The notes: a model not told the origin generated them from the letters alone. DNA of 64,000 nucleotides from Patescibacteria group bacterium (GCA_050942955.1 JBMNOG010000001.1:68347-132346), one strand, 5' to 3'; numbered from the stretch's first letter, positions 10,242 through 21,334 are shown. Translations and numbers: made by a program.

Positions 10242-12869
10242 ATGGCAGATCAGGAAAACGGCAATAACGAATCAGTACAACTGCAAGAACTGGGAAAGCA
10301 GACCCGGTACGGTACAGTAATTCCTACATCAATTACCCAGGAAATGGAAAAGTCTTATTTAGACTATGCTATGAGTGTTATTGTTTCCAGAGCTTTACCA
10401 GATGTAAGAGACGGACTAAAACCTGTTCACCGTCGTATCCTCTTTGCCATGAAAGAGCTGGGACTGACCTCAAAAGCCTCATACAAAAAGTCAGCTAGAA
10501 TTGTGGGAGAGGTTTTAGGTAAGTACCACCCTCATGGAGATCAGGCTGTGTATCAAACTCTGGTAAGACTAGCCCAAGATTTCTCCATGCGCTATCCGCT
10601 AGTTGACGGCCAGGGTAACTTCGGTTCGGTTGATGGAGACAGCGCCGCCGCCATGAGATATACCGAGGCAAGACTAGCTAAAATTTCTGATGAACTATTG
10701 CTGGATCTGGACAAAGAAACGGTTAACTTTGTTGATAACTTCGATGGCTCTCAGCAAGAGCCTGAAGTTCTACCAGCAAAACTTCCTAATCTTCTCCTCA
10801 TGGGATCGGATGGTATTGCTGTCGGTATGGCTACCAAAATCCCACCCCACAACTTGGGAGAGGTTATTGATGCTATTAATGAATTAATTAATAAAAGTAC
10901 TACTCAAGAAACCAATGTTGATCCTAAAAATATTGAAAGTGTTGATCCAAATTCTTTAACCGGAGGCTTCCAGTCAACAGCCACAATCGAAGAGCTTATG
11001 AAGCATATCAAGGGACCTGATTTCCCAACAGGAGCCAACATTTTTAACCCTAAAGACATTAAAGAGGCATATTTGACAGGTAAAGGCAGAATTGTGGTTA
11101 GAGCTACAACCGAAATTGTTGAAAAAAATGGTAGAAATTACATTATTGTCTCCGAAATTCCGTACCAAGTTAACAAGGCAAAGCTGATTGTTGATATTGC
11201 CAGATTAGTCCGAGACAAAAAGATCATCGGCATTTCAGATATTAGGGATGAGTCTGACCGCAAAGGGATGCAGATTGTAATTGAGCTCAAAAAAGGTACC
11301 AGAGCTAAAGCTATTCTAAACAATCTTTATAAGCACACTGATTTACAGAATACATTCCCGGCAAATATGGTGGCTTTAGTTGACGGCACACCTCAACTTT
11401 GCAACTTAAAGATCATTCTTAACGAGTACACAAAGCATCGTCAGTTAGTTGTAGTCAGAAGAAGTCAGCATGAACTTAAAGCCGCCAAACTTCGAGCACA
11501 TATTTTAGAAGGATTAAAAATTGCCCTCGACAATCTTGATGAGGTTATCAAAACTATTCGCGGTTCCAAAGATACAGACGATGCCAGAACAAACTTAATG
11601 ACTAAGTTCGGCTTAACTGAAATCCAAGCTAACGCTATTTTGGATATGCAGCTGCGCAGATTATCAGCTCTTGAGAGACAAAAGATTGAGGATGAATATA
11701 AACAACTTATGCAAACAATTGAAGACTTAACCAGTCTTCTGCTCCATCCTAGAAAAATTTTGGATGTCATAGTCAAGGAACTCGCCGAGCTTAAAGAATT
11801 TTATGGAGATAAACGACGCACCAAGATTAAGGGTAGTCTTGAAAATATCTCTGAAGAGGACCTGGTACCTAACACTCCCGTACTAATTACTGTTACTAAG
11901 TCGGGGTACGTTAAACGCTCTCCAAGGTCAAGTTTCCGCACCCAAAGAAGAGGTGGTATGGGAGTTAGTAGTATGTCCACAAAGGCTGAAGATGAGATTG
12001 CCTTCTTAATTTCTGCAAACAACCATGATGAAGTTCTCTTCTTCACTAATAAAGGAAAAGTGTATAACGTCAAGGCTTTTGATATCCCCGAAGGATCGAG
12101 ACAAGCTAAAGGACAGGCAGTGGTTAATCTTATTAATATTGATTCTAGCGAAACAGTCAGATCAATTATTGCTTTGCCGGAAATATCCAAAAATGCAGGC
12201 TACCTTGTTATGGCTACAAAAAAAGGGCTTATCAAAAAAACTTCCCTGGATAAGTTTGCCAAGATTAAGGTTAGCGGCTTAACCAGTATAAAACTGGATA
12301 AAAACGACCAGTTAATTGATGTTCAAACCACTTCGGGTGATGATGAGATTTTTATGATTTCCTACCATGGAAAAGCTATCCGCTTCTCAGAAAAAGACGT
12401 TAGGCCCATGGGCAGAGCAACTAAGGGAGTAAAAGGTATTGCTCTCAAGCCAGGTGATTATGTAGTTACAATGGAAACCTACCCTTCTAAAGAAAATCGT
12501 CCCGGGGATGGAAGAAAACGCTATTTCAGAGACCTGATGGTAGCAACAGAAAACGGAATTGGTAAGCGTACCCCAGTCAAACTCTTCCCTCTTCATAAAA
12601 GAGCCGGTGTAGGTGTAAAAATTGCCAAGCTTACCAGTAAAACCGGAAATATTGCAGCCGCAGAGATTGTTACCCCGGAAATTGAACAGATTGTAATTAC
12701 TACCAAGAGAGCTCAAATTATCAAGTTGCCTCTGAAAAATATCAAACAGCTAGGCCGCAACACTCAGGGCATTATTTTAATACGCTTTAATAAGGATAGC
12801 GATTGCATTGCAGACATGACATGCATTGGTGGTGATGAAAGCGAAGAACAACCGCAGGAAAAACAGTAG
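10242..12869 (+). CDS. gyrA: DNA gyrase subunit A
   Basis: [29 protein letters not shown] catalytic Tyr, GyrA box QRRGGMG, six CTD blades. Confidence 0.97.
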   Translation: MADQENGNNESVQLQELGKQTRYGTVIPTSITQEMEKSYLDYAMSVIVSRALPDVRDGLKPVHRRILFAMKELGLTSKASYKKSARIVGEVLGKYHPHGDQAVYQTLVRLAQDFSMRYPLVDGQGNFGSVDGDSAAAMRYTEARLAKISDELLLDLDKETVNFVDNFDGSQQEPEVLPAKLPNLLLMGSDGIAVGMATKIPPHNLGEVIDAINELINKSTTQETNVDPKNIESVDPNSLTGGFQSTATIEELMKHIKGPDFPTGANIFNPKDIKEAYLTGKGRIVVRATTEIVEKNGRNYIIVSEIPYQVNKAKLIVDIARLVRDKKIIGISDIRDESDRKGMQIVIELKKGTRAKAILNNLYKHTDLQNTFPANMVALVDGTPQLCNLKIILNEYTKHRQLVVVRRSQHELKAAKLRAHILEGLKIALDNLDEVIKTIRGSKDTDDARTNLMTKFGLTEIQANAILDMQLRRLSALERQKIEDEYKQLMQTIEDLTSLLLHPRKILDVIVKELAELKEFYGDKRRTKIKGSLENISEEDLVPNTPVLITVTKSGYVKRSPRSSFRTQRRGGMGVSSMSTKAEDEIAFLISANNHDEVLFFTNKGKVYNVKAFDIPEGSRQAKGQAVVNLINIDSSETVRSIIALPEISKNAGYLVMATKKGLIKKTSLDKFAKIKVSGLTSIKLDKNDQLIDVQTTSGDDEIFMISYHGKAIRFSEKDVRPMGRATKGVKGIALKPGDYVVTMETYPSKENRPGDGRKRYFRDLMVATENGIGKRTPVKLFPLHKRAGVGVKIAKLTSKTGNIAAAEIVTPEIEQIVITTKRAQIIKLPLKNIKQLGRNTQGIILIRFNKDSDCIADMTCIGGDESEEQPQEKQ

Positions 12870-12917
12870 TAGCAGTTTCCCTGCAAGTTCAGTCTTTATG
12901 AAACAGGAGGTTTACCT

Positions 12918-13940
12918 ATGCTTGGTACACTCAAATTCCTCCTCTCCCTAGCCATCGTTCTAAGTCACGCCCATATTTATCTGAAAGTTCCGGGTTTTAC
13001 CTGGTTTCACCATGGAGTAGCGGCGGTTATTGGTTTTTATATTCTTTCAGGTTATATTACAAAATTTACTCTCGATAAAAAGTACCACTACAATAATACA
13101 AAAATTTTCTATCTTGATAGATTTATCAGAATTTTCCCTCAATACTATTTTTACCTTATAGCTGCTTTTCTTTTTTTAATCGTTACCGGCTATATTCCGC
13201 TTCATATTACTTTATCAAATGTTGCAACTAACCTCTTAGTTTTCCCCATTAATCTTGACCACATTGTAAGTGTCAGTTTTTTTGAAAAATCATATGACGC
13301 CCTTATTCCACCTACCTGGTATCTGGGCACAGAACTTCAGTTTTATCTTTTGGCTCCGATACTTTTCCGATATCCAAAAATTAAAAATATCGCCTTGGGA
13401 CTAGCTTTCATCACTTTTCTCCTGGCAGCCTTTGGAATCATTGATACTCGGCTTTACGGATCCCGCTTACTACCCACTGTACTTCTTTTTTACATTACCG
13501 GAGAAATCCTCTACAACCTCCATATTAAAAGACAGATAAGTTCCAACCGCCTCTACCTTATCATTTCTTGGGTAACCGCAGTGATCATTTTCTTATTTCT
13601 TAAAGACCAGGGGAAAATCCAATTGGCATACAATGGTCCAGTTCTTCTCGGTTATATCTTTCTAATGCCTTTAAGCTACCTGCTAATATCTTTATCAATC
13701 AGGTCAAAAGTTGATGATTTTTTAGGAAAAGTTTCATACGGAGTTTATCTAAACCATTTCCTCCTACTCTGGGTTTTTGACTATTTCAAATTCTTCCCGA
13801 ATAGCCAATCTTTAAAAATCGCCTCTATCCTTATAGCTTCATGTACCTTAAGCTGTTTTAGCTACTGGCTGATTGAACAAAACTTAAGTTTTGTTAGAAC
13901 AAAGATTAGAAAGCTGGCTGCAAAACATACCAAAGTCTAA
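12918..13940 (+). CDS. Acyltransferase-3 (OafA-like) membrane protein
   Basis: L..AIVLSH, V..FYILSGY, FY.DRFIRIFPQY, WYLG.E.QFY, LG.VSYGVYL.H; AGGAGG RBS. Confidence 0.85.
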   Translation: MLGTLKFLLSLAIVLSHAHIYLKVPGFTWFHHGVAAVIGFYILSGYITKFTLDKKYHYNNTKIFYLDRFIRIFPQYYFYLIAAFLFLIVTGYIPLHITLSNVATNLLVFPINLDHIVSVSFFEKSYDALIPPTWYLGTELQFYLLAPILFRYPKIKNIALGLAFITFLLAAFGIIDTRLYGSRLLPTVLLFYITGEILYNLHIKRQISSNRLYLIISWVTAVIIFLFLKDQGKIQLAYNGPVLLGYIFLMPLSYLLISLSIRSKVDDFLGKVSYGVYLNHFLLLWVFDYFKFFPNSQSLKIASILIASCTLSCFSYWLIEQNLSFVRTKIRKLAAKHTKV

Positions 13941-14125
13941 CAAAAATCTTCTTCTCACATTCATTCCACACTTTTGACAACATCCATTATTTAAAACTGG
14001 ATTAAACTATAACTATGTATTACTTAATGTATAGAAGTGCTTATTTTGCCTCTCATAATACTTACCTCTATTACTATTGTCATTTTTAGCTGATAAATCA
14101 AGAGGAAATGGTTTAGAAGATGGTT

Positions 14126-15070
14126 TTAGTCGCTTTCATTCTGGCTATGGAACTTTTCATGGACTTTTTTGAGTTGCGCATTAGTGATGTGAGTATAAAT
14201 TTGGGTAGTTGCAATATTTTTGTGCCCCAGCATTTCCTGAACGCTGCGAAGGTCGGCACCGTTAGTCAGCAAATCGGTAGCAAATGAATGCCTTAATGTA
14301 TGGGTAGTTGCATCTACCGGAAGCCTGGCTCGCCGCACATACTTTTTAACAATTCTTTGTACAGTCCTAGAAGTTAGTCTCATTTTCTCCCCGTCATCAT
14401 CTTCATCTTTTCCTCGAGAATACCGGATAAAAAGAGGCCGCCACATATCCTCTCGCTGGGATAGATACCTATCTACCCAACCAGCTGCCCGTTGGGATAA
14501 AAATACCACTCTGGGTCTACGCCCTTTACCGATAACACCAAACTCGCGGGTTTCAAGATTTACTTGGTCGCGATTAAGACTAGTTAATTCCGAGACACGC
14601 AAACCAGTTGAAAATAAAACTTCCAAAAGAGCTTTGTCTCTTAAACCAATTTCTGAAGAAATTTTTGGCTGGGACAGAAGTAATTCCACTTGGTCGCTAT
14701 TCAAAAACTTAAGTGAGCGTGATTCTCCCTTCGGCAATTCAATTTTCTCAGGAGCTAACACTTTGTAATCCTGCTTAATAAGCCATTTCAAAAAAGACCG
14801 TAAGGCAATAATATAAAAACCCTGAGTTGTTCGCTTTAATGGCAGACCGTTTTCGTCGGTAAACCGGCTAAGAAATAGTCTATAAGACCTGATTGTAGGA
14901 AGATCAATATTTTCTATTGATATATCATCTTTTTTCTTATCGTAAATCCAGTCAGAGAAACGTTTGAGATAGATACGATAGTTACGAATAGTGAGAGGAG
15001 AGGAGTTCTTCTCAAGTTCTAAGTACTCGAGAAACTGCTGTATCAAATGTGTAATATTAGAGGTAGACAT
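14126..15070 (-). CDS. xerC: XerC/XerD-type tyrosine recombinase
   Basis: N-terminal SAM-like domain; catalytic set GLRVSE (R), GKG (K), HTLRH, LGH, TQIY. XerC vs XerD not resolvable by eye. Confidence 0.85.
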   Translation of the reverse strand: MSTSNITHLIQQFLEYLELEKNSSPLTIRNYRIYLKRFSDWIYDKKKDDISIENIDLPTIRSYRLFLSRFTDENGLPLKRTTQGFYIIALRSFLKWLIKQDYKVLAPEKIELPKGESRSLKFLNSDQVELLLSQPKISSEIGLRDKALLEVLFSTGLRVSELTSLNRDQVNLETREFGVIGKGRRPRVVFLSQRAAGWVDRYLSQREDMWRPLFIRYSRGKDEDDDGEKMRLTSRTVQRIVKKYVRRARLPVDATTHTLRHSFATDLLTNGADLRSVQEMLGHKNIATTQIYTHITNAQLKKVHEKFHSQNESD

Positions 15071-15853
15071 TTCTAGCACTCACCTTTTTAGGCTGACAGG
15101 ATGAATAGTCATTTTTTTTTACTGTATCATCAATATTTTCTATCTCCTATTAAATAGGAGAGGGGATAGGGGAAAGTCCCAGATACTAATCTGTTAATTC
15201 CTGTAAAAAAGAATTATTTTTTCAACTAATTTTATTTACTAGTCGAAACACAATTTCGGGCTAACGGTTTTATTTAATAAAATACACTTTTGCGCTAATA
15301 ATATTGTACGACATATAAAGAGCAAATTGCAATAAACACTACCACGTTTCTTAAGATAACTTAAACTGCAACCATGCTTAGCGAACCCTTCTGTTGTAAG
15401 CATCCAAAAAAATCTAAGTACATTGAAACAAAGCAGAAATCTTACAAACAATAGGGAAAAACAAATTAATATACGAGCAAAAGCTCAATTTTCATAGGTC
15501 TTAATATCTTAATTAGTTGATATATCAGTATATTAACTTGAGCATCAAATACATGACTTCATTAGAGCCATTCTAACGAACGAAAATTACTTAAATATAC
15601 ATTTATACTATGTAAAAAATAATCAAAACAGGGGAGAAATTAGTAATTGCCCATATTTTCGTAAGTAGCATTCAGGAAACCGAGATTTACGGGTTTTTGT
15701 ACAAAAATTTTTAAATGATGCATAATTTTAAAGGGAGGTAAACGCTTTTTTCAAGATATGGACAGCAAATATTTAAAAATGTATAGGCAACGTATTGAAA
15801 ACATTAAGTAACATTGTCTTACAAAAAGGCCCCTCCTCCGTTATTCTTGGCCC

Positions 15854-15881
15854 ATGTCGCTTAAGTTATATTGTGCGACAC
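15854..15881. other. Putative dif-type Xer recombination site
   Basis: ATGTCGCTTAA-GTTATA-TTGTGCGACAC: 11-6-11 layout, arms 8/11 inverted, about 0.8 kb from xer. Confidence 0.6.
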
Positions 15882-16529
15882 TGTAAACAACATCCCTATT
15901 TTCTTTTTATATGTATAGAAAGAGTGGAGCTAACCCCTGCTTGCAATTAATTTGTATGTAAATATGTTTCTTTCTTTCCCTACTAATAGATATATACAGT
16001 GCTTTTTCTCCTGTCATAAGAAGCCTCTTAGTTTTTCCACATAGAAAAGTAGAGGCTATACTGGAAGATGGGGATCGAGAAAGGTAGTAATCGTACAAAC
16101 TATATCATTACCTCTATTAGAATGGACGAATATTTTCCCAAAGGTAGCAACTTCATTAAGAAGGTGCTAAAAAATTGCAATACCTCTACTCTGTTTCCGT
16201 GAAAACCTATAATATTTCCGTGAAAATAACCCAGTATATTTACTATGGGATATATACTGGTGACATATTTCCCCTACTTCACCTCTGTGTGCACAGGTTT
16301 TCTACCTCTACTCCTCTGTTACAATGAGTATTTATACCTAAGAAACCCACCAGTTGTCTCTGAGAAATATTATTTTTAGTATGTTAATATGAAACACTAC
16401 TTCTCTTTCCTATTATATTATAGGATAATATAACGACTCCGCTCTGTTTACGTTTCTTTCTGAAAAAAGGTTACCAAAGCTGAAGAATTGTCTATTTCAG
16501 ATAAATGCTCGCAACATTTCTTAATGCTT

Positions 16530-17327
16530 CTACCCACCCCATCTACTGGCAAAAAAAACAACTATCAAAACTATGATTCCTACCTGCACGTATTCACGGA
16601 TTGTCTGTTTGAATAACCGACCCACCATTGCTTGCTGGGTAATTCCTAAGCCAACATAAAGAGCTGTAACTAAAAAGAGAGAGGCAATGATAATAGTTAC
16701 CGGCCACATACTGATAAAAAAGGCTGCTTGTCCCAAAACCCAAGATAATGCTAACGCATAACTTACAATTTCCCGAGTTAACTCTTCTTTGAGATTTGCC
16801 GACCAAATTCCTTGAAGAATAATTGGAAAAGAAGCTCCAGTAACCAACAAAGCATTAAACCAAGGACTAAGACGAAACGAAAAAATGCTATCAAACAATA
16901 AGAAGGCAATTACTAAAGAGAAAACAAACCCTAAAGCCTGGGCAGCTCTAAGAAGCTGAATAGTTCTTAGAGCTGCTACAGAAAAGATATTCTCCGTAAG
17001 GAGCAATGCATACATACCTACAGCAAAAAGAACAAAAAGAACTAGTCTAATAAAAATTCTCTCAGGTAGAAGAAAGTAAAACAGATTTACTGAGGCAGTG
17101 AAAAGCGTAGGTAAGATAAGGATCATAAACCGAGCCGCTTTTCGCGCATCTTCTTTTAAACTCCATGCTGTTAAAACTGTAGTTAGAAGACTAAGAATAC
17201 CGATTAATATGTAGTGATTGAGATCATGTAAAGACTGGGCTCCAAGTAATCCACCAGAAAGCAATAGAGAAATAAATACAAACTTTTTTCTTTTTGAAAA
17301 AGTGAATCCCTTAAACCTTCTTCGCAT
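16530..17327 (-). CDS. Conserved multi-pass membrane protein
   Basis: Long hydrophobic ORF with LLTENIFSVAALRTIQLLRAA; overlaps the yebC stop; ATG 17327 chosen. Confidence 0.75.
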   Translation of the reverse strand: MRRRFKGFTFSKRKKFVFISLLLSGGLLGAQSLHDLNHYILIGILSLLTTVLTAWSLKEDARKAARFMILILPTLFTASVNLFYFLLPERIFIRLVLFVLFAVGMYALLLTENIFSVAALRTIQLLRAAQALGFVFSLVIAFLLFDSIFSFRLSPWFNALLVTGASFPIILQGIWSANLKEELTREIVSYALALSWVLGQAAFFISMWPVTIIIASLFLVTALYVGLGITQQAMVGRLFKQTIREYVQVGIIVLIVVFFASRWGG

Positions 17328-18042
17328 TGTGGTAGATGCTCTGAACATCATCATAGTCATCAATTATATCCAGAAACTTAGAAAAGTGTTCGTACTCTTT
17401 GTCAGCTAATTCAATTAAGGTATTCGGCACCATAGCTACATCGGCCTCTTGCACTTCAAGACCACTATTCGCAATTGCCTCAGCCACCGCGTGGGTATTG
17501 CTGGCATCTACTATTACCTGAAGTTGTCCATTGCCCATTTCTTTAAAATCATCAGCACCCATATCTATAAGTTCTAACTGCAACTCTTCCACATCTTTTC
17601 CCTGAGGAATCTTTAGAGTAATAAGACCTTTTCGATCAAAGAAATAGTTAGTAGAACCAATTGAACCAAGCACTCCACCATTTTTATCAAATAAACTTTT
17701 AATTTCAGAGTTAGTCCGGTTACGATTGTCTGTAACGCATTCAATCATCAAAGCCACTTTTCCAGGTCCAAAACCTTCATACATAACCTCTTCAAAAGAT
17801 GCCCCCTCTACCCTGCCCGCACCGCGGTCAATTGCCCGCTGGATATTTTCCTTAGGCATATTGTAAAACTTAGCTTTCTCCACCATTAAACGCAATTTAG
17901 CATTAGTTTCTGGATCGTCGCCCCCACCTTCACGCACAGCAATAGCAATAGCTTTAGCATACCTGGAAAAGAGTTTGCCTCTTTTGGCATCTGCTACTCC
18001 TTTATCATGTTTGATAGTTGACCATTTTGAGTGACCTGACAT
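17311..18042 (-). CDS. yebC: YebC/PmpR family protein
   Basis: MSGHSKWSTIKHDKG, YEGFGPG, TDNRNRT, DDVQSIYHN. Confidence 0.95.
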   Translation of the reverse strand: MSGHSKWSTIKHDKGVADAKRGKLFSRYAKAIAIAVREGGGDDPETNAKLRLMVEKAKFYNMPKENIQRAIDRGAGRVEGASFEEVMYEGFGPGKVALMIECVTDNRNRTNSEIKSLFDKNGGVLGSIGSTNYFFDRKGLITLKIPQGKDVEELQLELIDMGADDFKEMGNGQLQVIVDASNTHAVAEAIANSGLEVQEADVAMVPNTLIELADKEYEHFSKFLDIIDDYDDVQSIYHNAKKV

Positions 18043-18148
18043 ATATCTAAATTAATTTATCTTTATAATACAATGTATTTTAACACTTTCCCCAAATTTT
18101 TCTTTCTGATTCTGACAACTGGAATTTCTAAAGTGTATGATATCACTC

Positions 18149-18177
18149 TTGACAAGATTAACCAAACTAAGTATTTT
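18149..18177 (+). promoter_or_regulatory. Sigma70 promoter giving a near-leaderless transcript
   Basis: TTGACA-17 bp-TATTTT ending 8 bp before ATG 18186; no SD sequence. Confidence 0.55.
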
Positions 18178-18185
18178 GTTCTACA

Positions 18186-18809
18186 ATGACACTGTCCGCT
18201 TTAGCTATCCAAAAAGCACTTAATACTGAATGGGAAGAAGCTGTTACACTAAACGAACAGATCCTAGCTGAGGATCCCCAAAACATCGATGCCCTCAACA
18301 GACTTGCTCAAGCATACATCCATCTTAAAGAACTTGAAAAGGCTAATGATATCTATCAACAAGTACTAAGAATTGATCCTTTTAATCCTATTGCCCAACG
18401 CAATATAGTTAAACTCAAAACTCTTTCTGCAAAAGGGCTAACCTTGGAAATCACTCCTACTAAACCTTTCAACTTTATTGAGGAGCCTGGAAAAACAAAG
18501 ATTATCTCTCTTGTCCGCTTGGGAGAACGCTTGGTACTTTCCAGTCTTCAACCTTGTTTAGCGCTTGACTTGCATGTCCGAAGTCAAGCGGTATGTCTTT
18601 ACTACAAGAAAAGTTACGTTGGTAGACTCCCGGATGACATTGGGAAAAGACTGATCTGGTTATGTAAGCGAGACAATAAATATGCAGCTTTTGTTAAGTC
18701 TGTTGAAAAAGACCGAGTAAGCGTGTTCATTAAAGAAACGAAGCGAAGTTCTAAGAACAAAAACTACCACTCATTCACAAATAGTGACAAAAACTCTCAA
18801 GCAAGTTAG
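18186..18809 (+). CDS. TPR-containing protein
   Basis: N-terminal TPR pattern (DPQNIDALNRLAQAY..L...EKA...Y..VL.IDP.N) plus FIEEPGKTK C-terminal domain. Confidence 0.8.
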   Translation: MTLSALAIQKALNTEWEEAVTLNEQILAEDPQNIDALNRLAQAYIHLKELEKANDIYQQVLRIDPFNPIAQRNIVKLKTLSAKGLTLEITPTKPFNFIEEPGKTKIISLVRLGERLVLSSLQPCLALDLHVRSQAVCLYYKKSYVGRLPDDIGKRLIWLCKRDNKYAAFVKSVEKDRVSVFIKETKRSSKNKNYHSFTNSDKNSQAS

Positions 18810-18821
18810 GGTACCTTCTCA

Positions 18822-19823
18822 TTATTTTCTCCGATAGTACTTATTCCAAAAATCTTCACCAACAACTAAAACTACATCTGCTCTATCGTGAAGCCCACTC
18901 TTAGTTTCAATAGGTAAGCTAAAGTAGTTTGCAAACTTTTGTAAAGAAGCTGAACTCTCTAAAGAACGGACTGAGATAAAAGAATTGGTATAGGACTTTT
19001 GCGCTTGACGTACCCCAATAACATCAAATCCAGAATTAGCCACTATCCGCTTAACACTGTTTGCCAAGCCAAAATGGTTGGTGCCGTTGAATACTTCCCA
19101 GGTTAGATTTTGGTTTAAGAAACTAGGGTTAGCTAGTTCTCTCAGAATGACCTCGTCAAGGAGATTTAGGTCAGGAACATATACTTCACTACCATCTGGC
19201 AGGGTTTCAAGCTGAAAGGCTTTTGTATCAGCAAAACTAATCACCTCTACCCCATTGCTTCTTATATTTATCACATAAGAAAAAAGCCGTAAAAGATCCC
19301 AGGTAGTCAAGTTTGTTTTTGCACCACTGTAGAACGATTGCAAGACAAGTGTTTTAAGATCCCCTACTCTTCCATTTGCATCTGTAATGTATCCATCTGT
19401 AGTGCTTCCTAAAAACTGAGTCATACTAACAGCAAGAAATTTCCCAAAGTCAATATTCTCCTGTTTGGCTAACATCTTCACCTTGTCACTACGGTACTCT
19501 TCGTATCCGTAGGCAAGAGCAACCATCGCGTTGGGTGGCATAGTAAAAATTGTTACTTCCTCAAATTCAGGATTGATCTTGATGTACCCTAACGTATTCT
19601 CCTGCTCAAAAGCCAGAGTTAGTTGACTCTTACCATCCCAAATTGAGTGTTTCACTTCTTGCCAAAAATGGTACCCCAAAAAAAACGCCATAAGTACGAT
19701 AAGTGGCAGAAGAAAACAGCCACCTTTTTCAGTTAGCCTTCTCCAGGTTTTAAAGTTTACCCGCTTTCTCGGTAGGGCCGCGGATTGCTTTCTCCTTTTT
19801 GTTCTTCGAGAGAAAAATGACAT
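18822..19823 (-). CDS. LCP/LytR_C domain membrane-anchored protein
   Basis: Basic N-terminus plus TM helix; C-terminal EVFNGT..FGLA...GFDV...ADVVLVVGED (LytR_C). Confidence 0.75.
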   Translation of the reverse strand: MSFFSRRTKRRKQSAALPRKRVNFKTWRRLTEKGGCFLLPLIVLMAFFLGYHFWQEVKHSIWDGKSQLTLAFEQENTLGYIKINPEFEEVTIFTMPPNAMVALAYGYEEYRSDKVKMLAKQENIDFGKFLAVSMTQFLGSTTDGYITDANGRVGDLKTLVLQSFYSGAKTNLTTWDLLRLFSYVINIRSNGVEVISFADTKAFQLETLPDGSEVYVPDLNLLDEVILRELANPSFLNQNLTWEVFNGTNHFGLANSVKRIVANSGFDVIGVRQAQKSYTNSFISVRSLESSASLQKFANYFSLPIETKSGLHDRADVVLVVGEDFWNKYYRRK

Positions 19824-19923
19824 ATTTCCATCATAACAAAAAATAACTAAAAGACTTTAATAAGTTTTTTTTACTAAACTCCAACTAGTCTTTTAACTTG
19901 AGGTATTTTATAGTAGTAAAAGA

Positions 19924-21159
19924 ATGTTCTTTCTCGAAAATCTTTCACCAGAACAACAGGAACAAGCCCGTTCTAACCTGGAAAATGCAGGACTGCCTTC
20001 TTCCAGATACTACATACTTACTACTTTAGGAATCATTATTGCCACCTTTGGCCTTATTCTGAATAGTCCGGCCATTGTTATTGGAGCTATGCTGGTTGCC
20101 CCCTTAATGCTACCGATTCTACTTTTATCGTTATCTATAGTTACAGGGAGAACCAGGCTTCTTTTTAAAACTTTAGAGAGTCTCGTTAAAGGCATTGTTT
20201 TGTCCGTTATTATCTCTACGTTTATTACTCTTCTGGTGCCAATCTATGAAATCCCCTCAGAAGTTCTTGCTAGAGCACAGCCGGCAATCCTTGATATGTT
20301 TATTGCACTGGCAGCCGGAGCTGCTGCTATGTATGCCATGATTAAAAAGGACTCCGCGACTCTTCCGGGAGTAGCTGTTTCTGTTTCTCTTATGCCTCCT
20401 CTCTCTGCTTTGGGTATAGGACTGGCTATGAGAAATATCAGTATTGCTGCAGGTGCAGGTCTTCTATTTCTAACAAACTTAGTAGCTATTGTTTTTTCTG
20501 GAGCCATCATTCTACTTTTGTTTAAGTTTAAACCTTATGCAAAAACCAGAGAGGGAGTACTGAAACAAGGTGCTATTATTAATGTAGTTCTTATTGCTAT
20601 CTTAAGCATTATCTTGACTTCTTCGTTTGTCAAAGTCTCTGCCACAGAGAAACAGAAACATGCTGTAAAAGACGAACTTTCACGCCAGCTTCAAGCACTA
20701 GAAAAAGGTGAACTTGAATCTTTTACAATTGAAAACAGACACGGGCAGCTGCAAATTTCTGCACGCATACTCTCATCAACCAACCTCACAGCTGAAGATA
20801 TGGAAATACTAACTAATGCTTTGGCTTTTAGGTTAGAAAAGTCAGTAAACCTCCAGGCTACTGTCATTCCCATCCTTTTGGGAGGAAAGATTCTCCCTCC
20901 AAGTGAAGTAGAAAAGATCAGGCAGGAAAAACTTCTTAATCCTTCACTGGAAAATAAAGCGCCTTTGGCTTCGCTCTCAGCCCAACTTTATATGGCCCCA
21001 ATGGAACCTATCACTACTGATGAGAAAGAGGCTACAAATGCTGCAGAAAGTATTGATGAGAAAGGGTTGTTTATTGCTACCCCATCATCTCAAAAAGCCG
21101 CCTCTTCATCAGCAGACACTTTTAGTGATACTATTAAGGTATATGAAGAAAAAGACTAA
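19924..21159 (+). CDS. DUF389/TIGR00341 family membrane protein
   Basis: IATFGL..NSPAIVIGAMLVAPLM.PI, LPGVAVSVSLMPPL. Confidence 0.85.
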   Translation: MFFLENLSPEQQEQARSNLENAGLPSSRYYILTTLGIIIATFGLILNSPAIVIGAMLVAPLMLPILLLSLSIVTGRTRLLFKTLESLVKGIVLSVIISTFITLLVPIYEIPSEVLARAQPAILDMFIALAAGAAAMYAMIKKDSATLPGVAVSVSLMPPLSALGIGLAMRNISIAAGAGLLFLTNLVAIVFSGAIILLLFKFKPYAKTREGVLKQGAIINVVLIAILSIILTSSFVKVSATEKQKHAVKDELSRQLQALEKGELESFTIENRHGQLQISARILSSTNLTAEDMEILTNALAFRLEKSVNLQATVIPILLGGKILPPSEVEKIRQEKLLNPSLENKAPLASLSAQLYMAPMEPITTDEKEATNAAESIDEKGLFIATPSSQKAASSSADTFSDTIKVYEEKD

Positions 21160-21334
21160 TTACATAAGTAAAGATGCTGAATTTATCATTCTTCTACTAC
21201 TGGGAATTTTTATATTGATAGCCACTACAGCCAGCGGTTTTTGGGCCAGTCACTCATTAGTCTCAAGAGAAAATAGAATTAAAAATCCTGAGATACTTTT
21301 TCAAACATTAGCACAACTGGAAACCGCTAATTAA
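21143..21334 (+). CDS. Small single-TM hypothetical protein
   Basis: MKKKTNYISKDAEFIILLLLGIFILIA...; starts near the end of the DUF389 gene and fills the gap to tgt. Confidence 0.45.
   Translation: MKKKTNYISKDAEFIILLLLGIFILIATTASGFWASHSLVSRENRIKNPEILFQTLAQLETAN

Noticed and set aside
14126-15070. Phage or ICE integrase
   Set aside because: Length and motifs match chromosomal XerC/D; no arm-binding domain or phage genes are nearby.
15239-16098. ORFs 15239-15451 and 15907-16098
   Set aside because: Alternative start codons, no RBS and no recognisable motifs; at best decayed fragments.
15071-16529. Replication origin (oriC) in the AT-rich gap
   Set aside because: No cluster of TTATCCACA-like DnaA boxes was seen, no dnaA gene is present, and flanking core genes mostly converge rather than diverge.
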